From: Eledone cirrhosa
Lineage: Eukaryota
NCBI GenBank assembly: GCA_964016885.1
Contig: CAXHJY010000132.1
Span: 124,001-188,000 of the forward strand
DNA length: 64,000 nucleotides
Direction: 5' to 3'
Shown one piece after another: positions 1 to 12,100 of this stretch (its first letter is position 1; each line of letters begins with the position of its first letter). The notes beneath the pieces are model-generated. The model searched no databases, was not told where the DNA came from, and was given only the letters and a program-made list of their open reading frames with translations. Both the position numbers and the translations under genes were made by a program.

Positions 1-3000
1 CTATCTTTCCCTACCTTTTTTCCCCCCAAAACTCCGTTCTTCACCAAACTATCTTTCTCTACCTTGTCTTTCCTCAAAACTTCGTTCTTCACCAAGCTAT
101 CTTTCTCTATCTTGTCTTCCCTCAAAACTCCGTTCTTCATCAAGCTATCGTTCTCTACTTTGTCTTCCCTCGAAACGTCGTTCTTCACCAAGCTATCTTT
201 CTCTACCTTGTCTTCCCTCAAAACTTCGTTCGTTCTTCACCAAGCTATCTTTCTCTACCTTGTCTTCCCCCAAAACTTCGTTCTTCACAAGCTATCCTTC
301 TCTACCTTGTCTTCCCTCAAAACTTCGTTCTTCACCAAGCTATCTTTCTCTACCTTGTCTTCCCTCAAAACTTCGTTCTTGATCAAGCTATCTTTCTATT
401 CCTTGTCTTCCCTCAAAACTTCGTTCTTCACCAAGCTATCTTTCTCTACTTTGTCTTCCCTCAAAACATCGTTCGTTCTTCATCAAGCTATCTTTCTCTA
501 CCTTGTCTTCCCTCAAGACTTCGTTCGTCACCAAGCTATCTTTCTCTACATTGTCTTCCCCCAAAACTTCGTTCTTCATCAAGCTATCTTTCTCTACCTT
601 GTCTTCCCTCAAAACGTCGTTCTTCACCAAGCTATCTTTCTCTACCTTGTCTTCCCACAAAACGTCGTTCTTCACCAAGCTATCTTTCCCTACCTTGTCT
701 TCCCTCAAAACGTCGTTCTTCACCAAGCTATCTTTCTCTCACCCATTCTTCTCTCAAAACTTCGTTCTTCACCAAGCTCTCTTTCTCTACCTTGTCTTCC
801 CTCAAAACTTCGTTCTTCACCAGGCTATCTTTCTCAACCCTGTCTTCCCCCAAAACTTCGTTCCTCACCAAGCTATCTTTCTCTACCTTGTCTTCCCTCA
901 AAACTTCGTTCTTCACCAAGCTATCTTTCTCTACCTTTTTTTCCCCCAAAACTCCGTTCTTCACCAAACTATCTTTCTCTACCTTGTCTTCCCTCAAAAC
1001 TTCGTTCTTCACCAAGCTATCTTTCTCTATCTTGTCTTCCCTCAAAACTCCGTTCTTCATCAAGCTATCGTTCTCTACTTTGTCTTCCCTCGAAACGTCG
1101 TTCGTCACCAAGCTATCTTTCTCTACCTTGTCTTCCCTCAAAACTTCGTTCTTCACCAAGCTATCTTTCTCTATCTTGTCTTCCCTCAAAACTCCGTTCT
1201 TCATCAAGCTATCTTTCTCTACCTTGTCTTCCCCCAAAACTTCGTTCTTCACAAGCTATCCTTCTCTACCTTGTCTTCCCTCAAAACTTCGTTCTTCACT
1301 AAGCTATCTTTCTCTACCTTGTCTTCCCTCAAAACTTCGTTCTTGATCAAGCTATCTTTCTATACCTTGTCTTCCATCAAAACTTCGTTCTTCACCAAGC
1401 TATCTTTCTCTACCTTGTCTTCCCTCAAACCTTCGTTCTTCACCAAGCTATCTTTCTCTATCTTGTCTTCCCTCAAAACTCCGTTCTTCATCAAGCTATC
1501 GTTCTCTACTTTGTCTTCCCTCAAAACGTCGTTCTTCACCAAGCTATCTTTCTCTACCTTGTCTTCCCTCAAAACTTCGTTCGTTCTTCACCAAGCTATC
1601 TTTCTTCTCAAGCTATCCTTCTCTACTTTGTCTTCCCTCAAAACCTCGTTCTTCACCAAGCTATCTTTCTCTACCTTGTCTTCCCTCAACACTTCGTTCG
1701 TCCTTCACCAAGCTATCTTTCTCTACCTTGTCTTCCCCCAAAACTACGTTCTTCACAAGCTATCTTTCTCTACCTTGTCTTCCCCCAAAACTTCGTTCTT
1801 CACAAGCTATCCTTCTCTACCTTGTCTTCCCTCAAAACTTCGTTCTTGATCAAGCTACATTTCTATACCTTGTCTTCCATCAAAACTTCGTTCTTCACCA
1901 AGCTATCTTTCTCTACCTTGTCTTCCCTCAAAACTTCGTTCTTCACCAAGCTATCTTTCTCTATCTTGTCTTCCCTCAAAACTCCGTTCTACATCAAGCT
2001 ATCTTTCTCTACCTTGTCTTCCCTCAAAACTTCGTTCTTCACCAAGCTATCTTTCTCTACCTTGTCTTCCCTCAAAACTTCGTTCTTCACCAAGCTATCT
2101 TTCTCTACCTTGTCTTCCCTCAAAACTTCGTTCTTCACCAAGCTAACTTTCTCTACCTTGTCTTCCCTCAAAACTTCGTTCTTCATCAAGCTATCTTTCT
2201 CTACCTTGTCTTCCCTCAAAACTTCGTTCTTCACCAAGCTATCTTTCTCTACCTTGTCTTCTCTCAAAACTTCGTTCTTCACCAAGCTATATTTCTCTAC
2301 CTTTTTTCCCCCCAAAACTTCGTTCTTCACCAAACTATCTTTCTCTACCTTGTCTTCCCTCAAAACTCCGTTCTTCATCAAGCTATCGTTCTCTACTTTG
2401 TCTTTCCTCAAAACGTCGTTCTTCACCTAGCTATCTTTCTCTACCTTGTCTTCCCTCAAAACGTCGTTCGTTCTTCACCAAGCTATCTTTCTCTACCTTG
2501 TCTTCCCCCAAAACTTCGTTCTTCACAAGCTATCCTTCTCTACCTTGTCTTCCCTCAAAACTTCGTTCTTGATCAAGCTATCTTTCTCTACCTTGTCTTC
2601 CCTCAAAACTTTGTTCTTCACCAAGCTATCTTTCTCTACCTTGTCTTCCCTCAAAACTTCGTTCTTCACCAAGCTATCTTTCTCTACCTTGTCTTCCCTC
2701 AAAACTTCGTTCTTCACCAAGCTATCTTTCTCTACCTTGTCGTCCCCCAAAACATCGTTCTTCACCAAGCTATCTTTCTTTACCTTGTCTTCCCTCAAAA
2801 CTTCGTTATTCACCAAGCTATCTTTCTCTACCTTGTCTTCCCACAAAACTTCGTTCTTCATCAAGCTATCTTTCTCTACCTTGTCTTCCCTCAAGACTTC
2901 GTTCGTCACCAAGCTATCTTTCTCTACATTGTCTTCCCCCAAAACTTCGTTCTTCACCAAGCTATCTTTCTCTATCTTGTCTTCCCTCAAAACTCCGTTC

Positions 3001-6000
3001 TTCATCAAGCTATCGTTCTCTACTTTGTCTTCCCTCGAAACGTCGTTCGTCACCAAGCTATCTTTCTCTACCTTGTCTTCCCTCAAAACTTCGTTCGTTC
3101 TTCACCAAGCTATCTTTCTCTACCTTGTCTTCCCCCAAAACTTCGTTCTTCACAAGCTATCCTTCTCTACCTTGTCTTCCCTCAACACTTCGTTCTTCAC
3201 CAAGCTATCTTTCTCTACCTTGTCTTCCCTCAAAACTTCGTTCTTCACCAAGCTATCTTTCCCTACCTTTTTTCCCCCCAAAACTCCGTTCTTCACCAAA
3301 CTATCTTTCTCTACCTTGTCTTTCCTCAAAACTTCGTTCTTCACCAAGCTATCTTTCTCTATCTTGTCTTCCCTCAAAACTCCGTTCTTCATCAAGCTAT
3401 CGTTCTCTACTTTGTCTTCCCTCGAAACGTCGTTCTTCACCAAGCTATCTTTCTCTACCTTGTCTTCCCTCAAAACTTCGTTCGTTCTTCACCAAGCTAT
3501 CTTTCTCTACCTTGTCTTCCCCCAAAACTTCGTTCTTCACAAGCTATCCTTCTCTACCTTGTCTTCCCTCAAAACTTCGTTCTTCACCAAGCTATCTTTC
3601 TCTACCTTGTCTTCCCTCAAAACTTCGTTCTTGATCAAGCTATCTTTCTATTCCTTGTCTTCCCTCAAAACTTCGTTCTTCACCAAGCTATCTTTCTCTA
3701 CTTTGTCTTCCCTCAAAACATCGTTCGTTCTTCATCAAGCTATCTTTCTCTACCTTGTCTTCCCTCAAGACTTCGTTCGTCACCAAGCTATCTTTCTCTA
3801 CATTGTCTTCCCCCAAAACTTCGTTCTTCATCAAGCTATCTTTCTCTACCTTGTCTTCCCTCAAAACGTCGTTCTTCACCAAGCTATCTTTCTCTACCTT
3901 GTCTTCCCACAAAACGTCGTTCTTCACCAAGCTATCTTTCCCTACCTTGTCTTCCCTCAAAACGTCGTTCTTCACCAAGCTATCTTTCTCTCACCCATTC
4001 TTCTCTCAAAACTTCGTTCTTCACCAAGCTCTCTTTCTCTACCTTGTCTTCCCTCAAAACTTCGTTCTTCACCAGGCTATCTTTCTCAACCCTGTCTTCC
4101 CCCAAAACTTCGTTCCTCACCAAGCTATCTTTCTCTACCTTGTCTTCCCTCAAAACTTCGTTCTTCACCAAGCTATCTTTCTCTACCTTTTTTTCCCCCA
4201 AAACTCCGTTCTTCACCAAACTATCTTTCTCTACCTTGTCTTCCCTCAAAACTTCGTTCTTCACCAAGCTATCTTTCTCTATCTTGTCTTCCCTCAAAAC
4301 TCCGTTCTTCATCAAGCTATCGTTCTCTACTTTGTCTTCCCTCGAAACGTCGTTCGTCACCAAGCTATCTTTCTCTACCTTGTCTTCCCTCAAAACTTCG
4401 TTCTTCACCAAGCTATCTTTCTCTATCTTGTCTTCCCTCAAAACTCCGTTCTTCATCAAGCTATCTTTCTCTACCTTGTCTTCCCCCAAAACTTCGTTCT
4501 TCACAAGCTATCCTTCTCTACCTTGTCTTCCCTCAAAACTTCGTTCTTCACTAAGCTATCTTTCTCTACCTTGTCTTCCCTCAAAACTTCGTTCTTGATC
4601 AAGCTATCTTTCTATACCTTGTCTTCCATCAAAACTTCGTTCTTCACCAAGCTATCTTTCTCTACCTTGTCTTCCCTCAAACCTTCGTTCTTCACCAAGC
4701 TATCTTTCTCTATCTTGTCTTCCCTCAAAACTCCGTTCTTCATCAAGCTATCGTTCTCTACTTTGTCTTCCCTCAAAACGTCGTTCTTCACCAAGCTATC
4801 TTTCTCTACCTTGTCTTCCCTCAAAACTTCGTTCGTTCTTCACCAAGCTATCTTTCTTCTCAAGCTATCCTTCTCTACTTTGTCTTCCCTCAAAACCTCG
4901 TTCTTCACCAAGCTATCTTTCTCTACCTTGTCTTCCCTCAACACTTCGTTCGTTCTTCACCAAGCTATCTTTCTCTACCTTGTCTTCCCCCAAAACTACG
5001 TTCTTCACAAGCTATCTTTCTCTACCTTGTCTTCCCCCAAAACTTCGTTCTTCACAAGCTTTCCTTCTCTACCTTGTCTTCCCTCAAAACTTCGTTCTTC
5101 ACTAAGCTATCTTTCTCTACCTTGTCTTCCCTCAAAACTTCGTTCTTGATCAAGCTATATTTCTATACCTTGTCTTCCATCAAAACTTCGTTCTTCACCA
5201 AGCTATCTTTCTCTACCTTGTCTTCCCTCAAAACTTCGTTCTTCACCAAGCTATCTTTCTCTATCTTGTCTTCCCTCAAAACTCCGTTCTACATCAAGCT
5301 ATCTTTCTCTACCTTGTCTTCCCTCAAAACTTCGTTCTTCACCAAGCTATCTTTCTCTACCTTGTCTTCCCTCAAAACTTCGTTCTTCACCAAGCTATCT
5401 TTCTCTACCTTGTCTTCCCTCAAAACTTCGTTCTTCACCAAGCTAACTTTCTCTACCTTGTCTTCCCTCAAAACTTCGTTCTTCATCAAGCTATCTTTCT
5501 CTACCTTGTCTTCCCTCAAAACTTCGTTCTTCACCAAGCTATCTTTCTCTACCTTGTCTTCTCTCAAAACTTCGTTCTTCACCAAGCTATATTTCTCTAC
5601 CTTTTTTCCCCCCAAAACTTCGTTCTTCACCAAACTATCTTTCTCTACCTTGTCTTCCCTCAAAACTCCGTTCTTCATCAAGCTATCGTTCTCTACTTTG
5701 TCTTTCCTCAAAACGTCGTTCTTCACCTAGCTATCTTTCTCTACCTTGTCTTCCCTCAAAACGTCGTTCGTTCTTCACCAAGCTATCTTTCTCTACCTTG
5801 TCTTCCCCCAAAACTTCGTTCTTCACAAGCTATCCTTCTCTACCTTGTCTTCCCTCAAAACTTCGTTCTTGATCAAGCTATCTTTCTCTACATTGTCTTC
5901 CCTCAAAACTTTGTTCTTCACCAAGCTATCTTTCTCTACCTTGTCTTCCCTCAAAACTTCGTTCTTCACCAAGCTATCTTTCTCTACCTTGTCTTCCCTC

Positions 6001-6480
6001 AAAACTTCGTTCTTCACCAAGCTATCTTTCTCTACCTTGTCGTCCCCCAAAACATCGTTCTTCACCAAGCTATCTTTCTTTACCTTGTCTTCCCTCAAAA
6101 CTTCGTTATTCACCAAGCTATCTTTCTCTACCTTGTCTTCCCACAAAACTTCGTTCTTCATCAAGCTATCTTTCTCTACCTTGTCTTCCCTCAAGACTTC
6201 GTTCGTCACCAAGCTATCTTTCTCTACATTGTCTTCCCCCAAAACTTCGTTCTTCACCAAGCTATCTTTCTCTATCTTGTCTTCTCTCAAAACTCCGTTC
6301 TTCATCAAGCTATCGTTCTCTACTTTGTCTTCCCTCGAAACGTCGTTCGTCACCAAGCTATCTTTCTCTACCTTGTCTTCCCTCAAAACTTCGTTCGTTC
6401 TTCACCAAGCTATCTTTCTCTACCTTGTCTTCCCCCAAAACTTCGTTCTTCACAAGCTATCCTTCTCTACCTTGTCTTCC
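1..6480. repeat. Higher-order tandem duplication, unit about 3.25-3.3 kb (68-69 monomers)
   Basis: Position 1 matches position 3253. Identical ORFs sit at 436/3688, 728/3980 and 1360/4612 (offset 3252), then near-identical ones at 1989/5289 and 2523/5823 (offset 3300, one extra monomer). A private 17-bp truncated monomer is shared at 1592 and 4844. Confidence 0.93.
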
Positions 6481-9109
6481 CTCAAAACTTCGTTCTTGAT
6501 CAAGCTATCTTTCTCTACCTTGTCTTCCCTCAAAACGTCGTTCTTGATCAAGCTATCTTTCTATACCTTGTCTTCCATCAAAACTTCGTTCTTCACCAAG
6601 CTATCTTTCTCTACCTTGTCTTCCCTCAAAACTTCGTTCTTCACCAAGCTATCTTTCTCTATCTTGTCTTCCCTCAAAACTCCGTTCTTCATCAAGCTAT
6701 CGTTCTCTACTTTGTCTTCCCTCAAAACGTCGTTCTTCACCAAGCTATCTTTCTCTACCTTGTCTTCCCTCAACACTTCGTTCGTTCTTCACCAAGCTAT
6801 CTTTCTCTACCTTGTCTTCCCCCAAAACTACGTTCTTCACGAGCTATCTTTCTCTACCTTGTCTTCCCTCAAAACTTCGTTCTTCACCAAGCTATCTTTC
6901 TCTACCTTGTCTTCCCTCAAAACTTCGTTCTTCATCAAGCTATCTTTCTCTACCTTGTCTTCCCTCAAAACTTCGTTCTTCACCAAGCTATCTTTCTCTA
7001 CCTTGTCTTCCCTCAAAACTTCGTTCTTCACCAAGCTATCTTTCTCTACCTTTTTTCCCCCCAAAACTTCGTTCTTCACCAAACTATCTTTCTCTACCTT
7101 GTCTTCCCTCAAAACTCCGTTCTTCATCAAGCTATCGTTCTCTACTTTGTCTTCCCTCAAAACGTCGTTCTTCACCTAGCTATCTTTCTCTACCTTGTCT
7201 TCCCTCAAAACGTCGTTCGTTCTTCACCAAGCTATCTTTCTCTACCTTGTCTTCCCCCAAAACTTCGTTCTTCACAAGCTATCCTTCTCTACCTTGTCTT
7301 CCCTCAAAACTTCGTTCTTGATCAAGCTATCTTTCTCTACCATGTCTTCCCTCAAAACTTCGTTCTTCACCAAGCTATCTTTCTCTACCTTGTCTTCCCT
7401 CAAAACTTCGTTCTTCACCAAGCTATCTTTCTCTACCTTGTCGTCCCCCAAAACATCGTTCTTCACCAAGCTATCTTTCTTTACCTTGTCTTCCCTCAAA
7501 ACTTCGTTATTCACCAAGCTATCTTTCTCTACCTTGTCTTCCCTCAACACTTCGTTCTTCACCAAGCTATCTTTCTCTACCTTGTCTTCCCTCAAAACTT
7601 CGTTCTTCACCAAGCTATCTTTCTCTACCTTGTCTTCCCCCAGAACATCGTTCTTCACCAAGCTATCTTTCTCTACCTTGTCTTCCATCAAAACTTCGTT
7701 ATTCACCAAGCTATCTTTCTCTACCTTGCCTTCCTGCAAAACTTCGTTCTTCATCAAGCTATCTTTCTCTACTTTGTCTTCCCTCAAAACATCGTTCGTT
7801 CTTCATCAAGCTATCTTTCTCTAACCTTGTCTTCCCTCAAGACTTCGTTCGTCACCAAGCTATCTTTCTCTACATTGTCTTCCCCCAAAACTTCGTTCTT
7901 CATCAAGCTATCTTTCTCTACCTTGTCTTCCCTCAAAACGTCGTTCTTCACCAAGCTATCTTTCTCTACCTTGTCTTCCCACAAAACTTCGTTCTTCATC
8001 AAGCTATCTTTCTCTACCTTGTCTTCCCTCAAAACGTCGTTCTTGACCAAGCTATCTTTCTCTACCTTGTCTTCCCCCAAAACTTCGTTCTTCACCAAGC
8101 TATCTTTCTCTACCTTGTCTACCCCCAAAACTTCGTTCTTCACCAAGCTATCTTTCGCTACCTTGTCTTCCCTCAAAACGTCGTTCTTCACCAAGCTATC
8201 TTTCTCTACCCATTCTTCTCTTAAAACTTCGTTCTTCACCAAGCTATCTTTCTCTACCTTGTCTTCCCTCAAAACTTCGTTCTTGATCAAGCTATCTTTC
8301 TATACCTTGTCTTCCATCAAAACTTCGTTCTTCACCAAGCTATCTTTCTCTACCTTGTCTTCCCTCAAAACTTCGTTCTTCACCAAGCTATCTTTCTCTA
8401 TCTTGTCTTCCCTCAAAACTCCGTTCTTCATCAAGCTATCGTTCTCTACTTTGTCTTCCCTCAAAACGTCGTTCTTCACCAAGCTATCTTTCTCTACCTT
8501 GTCTTCCCTCAAAACTTCGTTCGTTCTTCACCAAGCTATCTTTCTCTACCTTGTCTTCCCTCAAAACTTCGTTATTCACCAAGCTATCTTTCTCTACCTT
8601 GTCTTCCCTCAAAACTTCGTTCTTCACCAAGCTATCTTTCTCTACCTTGTCTTCCCTCAAAACTTCGTTCTTCACCAAGCTATCTTTCTCTACCTTGTCT
8701 TCCCCCAGAACATCGTTCTTCACCAAGCTATCTTTCTCTACCTTGTCTTCCCTCAAAACTTCGTTATTCACCAAGCTATCTTTCTCTACCTTGCCTTCCT
8801 GCAAAACTTCGTTCTTCATCAAGCTATCTTTCTCTACTTTGTCTTCCCTCAAAACATCGTTCGTTCTTCATCAAGCTATCTTTCTCTACCTTGTCTTCCC
8901 TCAAGACTTCGTTCGTCACCAAGCTATCTTTCTCTACATTGTCTTCCCCCAAAACTTCGTTCTTCATCAAGCTATCTTTCTCTACCTTGTCTTCCCTCAA
9001 AACGTCGTTCTTAACCAAGCTATCTTTCTCTACCTTGTCTTCCCACAAAACTTCGTTCTTCATCAAGCTATCTTTCTCTACCTTGTCTTCCCCCAAAACT
9101 TCGTTCTTC

Positions 9110-12100
9110 ACCAAGCTATCTTTCTCTACCTTGTCTACCCCAAAAACTTCGTTCTTCACCAAGCTATCTTTCTCTACCCTGTCTTCCCCCAAAACTTCGT
9201 TCCTCACCAAGCTATCTTTCTCTACCTTGTCTTCCCTCAAAACTTCGTTCTTCACCAAGCTATCTTTCTCTACCTTGTCTTCCCTCAAAATTTCGTTCTT
9301 CACCAAGCTATCTTTCTCTACCTTGTCTTCCCTCAAAACTTCGTTCTTCACCAAGCTATCTGTCCCTACCTTTTTTTCCCCCAAAACTCCGTTCTTCACC
9401 AAACTATCTTTCTCTACCTTGTCTTTCCTCAAAACTTCGTTCTTCACCAAGCTATCTTTCTCTATCTTGTCTTCCCTCAAAACTTCGTTCGTTCTTCACC
9501 AAGCTATCTTTCTCTACCTTGTCTTCCCCCAAAACTTCGTTCTTCACAAGCTATCCTTCTCTACCTTGTCTTCCCTCAAAACTTCGTTCTTCACCAAGCT
9601 ATCTTTCTCTACCTTGTCTTCCCTCAAAACTTCGTTCTTGATCAAGCTATCTTTCTATTCCTTGTCTTCCCTCAAAACTTCGTTCTTCCCCAAGCTATCT
9701 TTCTCTACTTTGTCTTCCCTCAAAACATCGTTCGTTCTTCATCAAGCTATCTTTCTCTATCTTGTCTTCCCTCAAGACTTCGTTCGTCACCAAGCTATCT
9801 TTCTCTACATTGTCTTCCCCCAAAACTTCGTTCTTCATCAAGCTATCTTTCTCTACCTTGTCTTCCCACAAAACGTCGTTCTTCACCAAGCTATCTTTCC
9901 CTACCTTGTCTTCCCTCAAAACGTCGTTCTTCACCAAGCTATCTTTCTCTACCCATTCTTCTCTCAAAACTTCGTTCTTCACCAAGCTCTCTTTCTCTAC
10001 CTTGTCTTCCCTCAAAACTTCGTTCTTCACCAGGCTATCTTTCTCAACCCTGTCTTCCCCCAAAACATCGTTCCTCACCAAGCTATCTTTCTCTACCTTG
10101 TCTTCCCTCAAAACTTCGTTCTTCACCAAGTTATCTTTCTCTACCTTTTTTTCCCCCAAAACTCCGTTCTTCACCAAACTATCTTTCTCTACCTTGTCTT
10201 CCCTCAAAACTTCGTTCTTCACCAAGCTATCTTTCTCTATCTTGTCTTCCCTCAAAACTCCGTTCTTCATCAAGCTATCGTTCTCTACTTTGTCTTCCCT
10301 CGAAACGTCGTTCGTCACCAAGCTATCTTTCTCTACCTTGTCTTCCCTCAAAACTTCGTTCGTTCTTCACCAAGCTATCTTTCTCTAACTTGTCTTCCCC
10401 CAAAACTTCGTTCTTCACAAGCTATCCTTCTCAACCTTGTCTTCCCTCAAAACTTCGTTCTTCACCAAGCTATCTTTCTCTACCTTGTCTTCCCTCAAAA
10501 CTTCGTTCTTGATCAAGCTATCTTTCTATACCTTGTCTTCCATCAAAACTTCGTTCTTCACCAAGCTATCTTTCTCTACCTTGTCTTCCCTCAAAACTTC
10601 GTTCTTCACCAAGCTATCTTTCTGTATCTTGTCTTCCCTCAAAACTCCGTTCTTCATCAAGCTATCGTTCTCTACTTTGTCTTCCCTCAAAACGTCGTTC
10701 TTCACCAAGCTATCTTTCTCTACCTTGTCTTCCCTCAAAACTTCGTTCGTTCTTCACCAAGCTATCTTTCTCTACCTTGTCTTCCCTCAAAACTTCGTTA
10801 TTCACCAAGCTATCTTTCTCTACCTTGTCTCCCCTCAAAACTTCGTTCTTCACCAAGCTATCTTTCTCTACCTTGTCTTCCCTCAAAACTTCGTTCTTCA
10901 CCAAGCTATCTTTCTCTACCTTGTCTTCCCCCAGAACATCGTTCTTCACCAAGCTATCTTTCTCTACCTTGTCTTCCCTCAAAACTTCGTTATTCACCAA
11001 GCTATCTTTCTCTACCTTGCCTTCCTGCAAAACTTCGTTCTTCATCAAGCTATCTTTCTCTACTTTGTCTTCCCTCAAAACATCGTTCGTTCTTCATCAA
11101 GCTATCTTTCTCTACCTTGTCTTCCCTCAAGACTTCGTTCGTCACCAAGCTATCTTTCTCTACATTGTCTTCCCCCAAAACTTCGTTCTTCATCAAGCTA
11201 TCTTTCTCTACCTTGTCTTCCCTCAAAACGTCGTTCTTAACCAAGCTATCTTTCTCTACCTTGTCTTCCCACAAAACTTCGTTCTTCATCAAGCTATCTT
11301 TCTCTACCTTGTCTTCCCTCAAAACGTCGTTCTTCACCAAGCTATCTTTCTCTACCTTGTCTTCCCCCAAAACTTCGTTCTTCACCAAGCTATCTTTCTC
11401 TACCTTGTCTACCCCCAAAACTTCGTTCTTCACCAAGCTATCTTTCGCTACCTTGTCTTCCCTCAAAACGTCGTTCTTCACCAAGCTATCTTTCTCTACC
11501 CATTCTTCTCTTAAAACTTCGTTCTTCACCAAGCTATCTTTCTCTACCTTGTCTTCCCTCAAAACTTCGTTCTTGATCAAGCTATCTTTCTATACCTTGT
11601 CTTCCATCAAAACTTCGTTCTTCACCAAGCTATCTTTCTCTACCTTGTCTTCCCTCAAAACGTCGTTCTTCACCAAGCTATCTTTCTCTACCTTGTCTTC
11701 CCTCAAAACTTCGTTCGTTCTTCACCAAGCTATCTTTCTCTACCTTGTCTTCCCTCAAAACTTCGTTATTCACCAAGCTATCTTTCTCTACCTTGTCTTC
11801 CCTCAAAACTTCGTTCTTCACCAAGCTATCTTTCTCTACCTTGTCTTCCCTCAAAACTTCGTTCTTCACCAAGCTATCTTTCTCTACCTTGTCTTCCCCC
11901 AGAACATCGTTCTTCACCAAGCTATCTTTCTCTACCTTGTCTTCCCTCAAAACTTCGTTATTCACCAAGCTATCTTTCTCTACCTTGCCTTCCTGCAAAA
12001 CTTCGTTCTTCATCAAGCTATCTTTCTCTACCTTGTCTTCCCTCAAGACTTCGTTCGTCACCAAGCTATCTTTCTCTACATTGTCTTCCCCCAAAACTTC

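Noticed and set aside
80-96. CENP-B box resemblance (CTTCGTT...)
   Set aside because: Only TTCG and one C match the NTTCGNNNNANNCGGGN core; the essential A and GGG are missing.
90-137. Possible 3 x 16-bp substructure of the monomer, or 3 x 48 = 144 bp nucleosome-sized unit
   Set aside because: Sub-repeat identity is only about 50%, as expected from low-complexity C/T composition, and I saw no trimer periodicity among variants.
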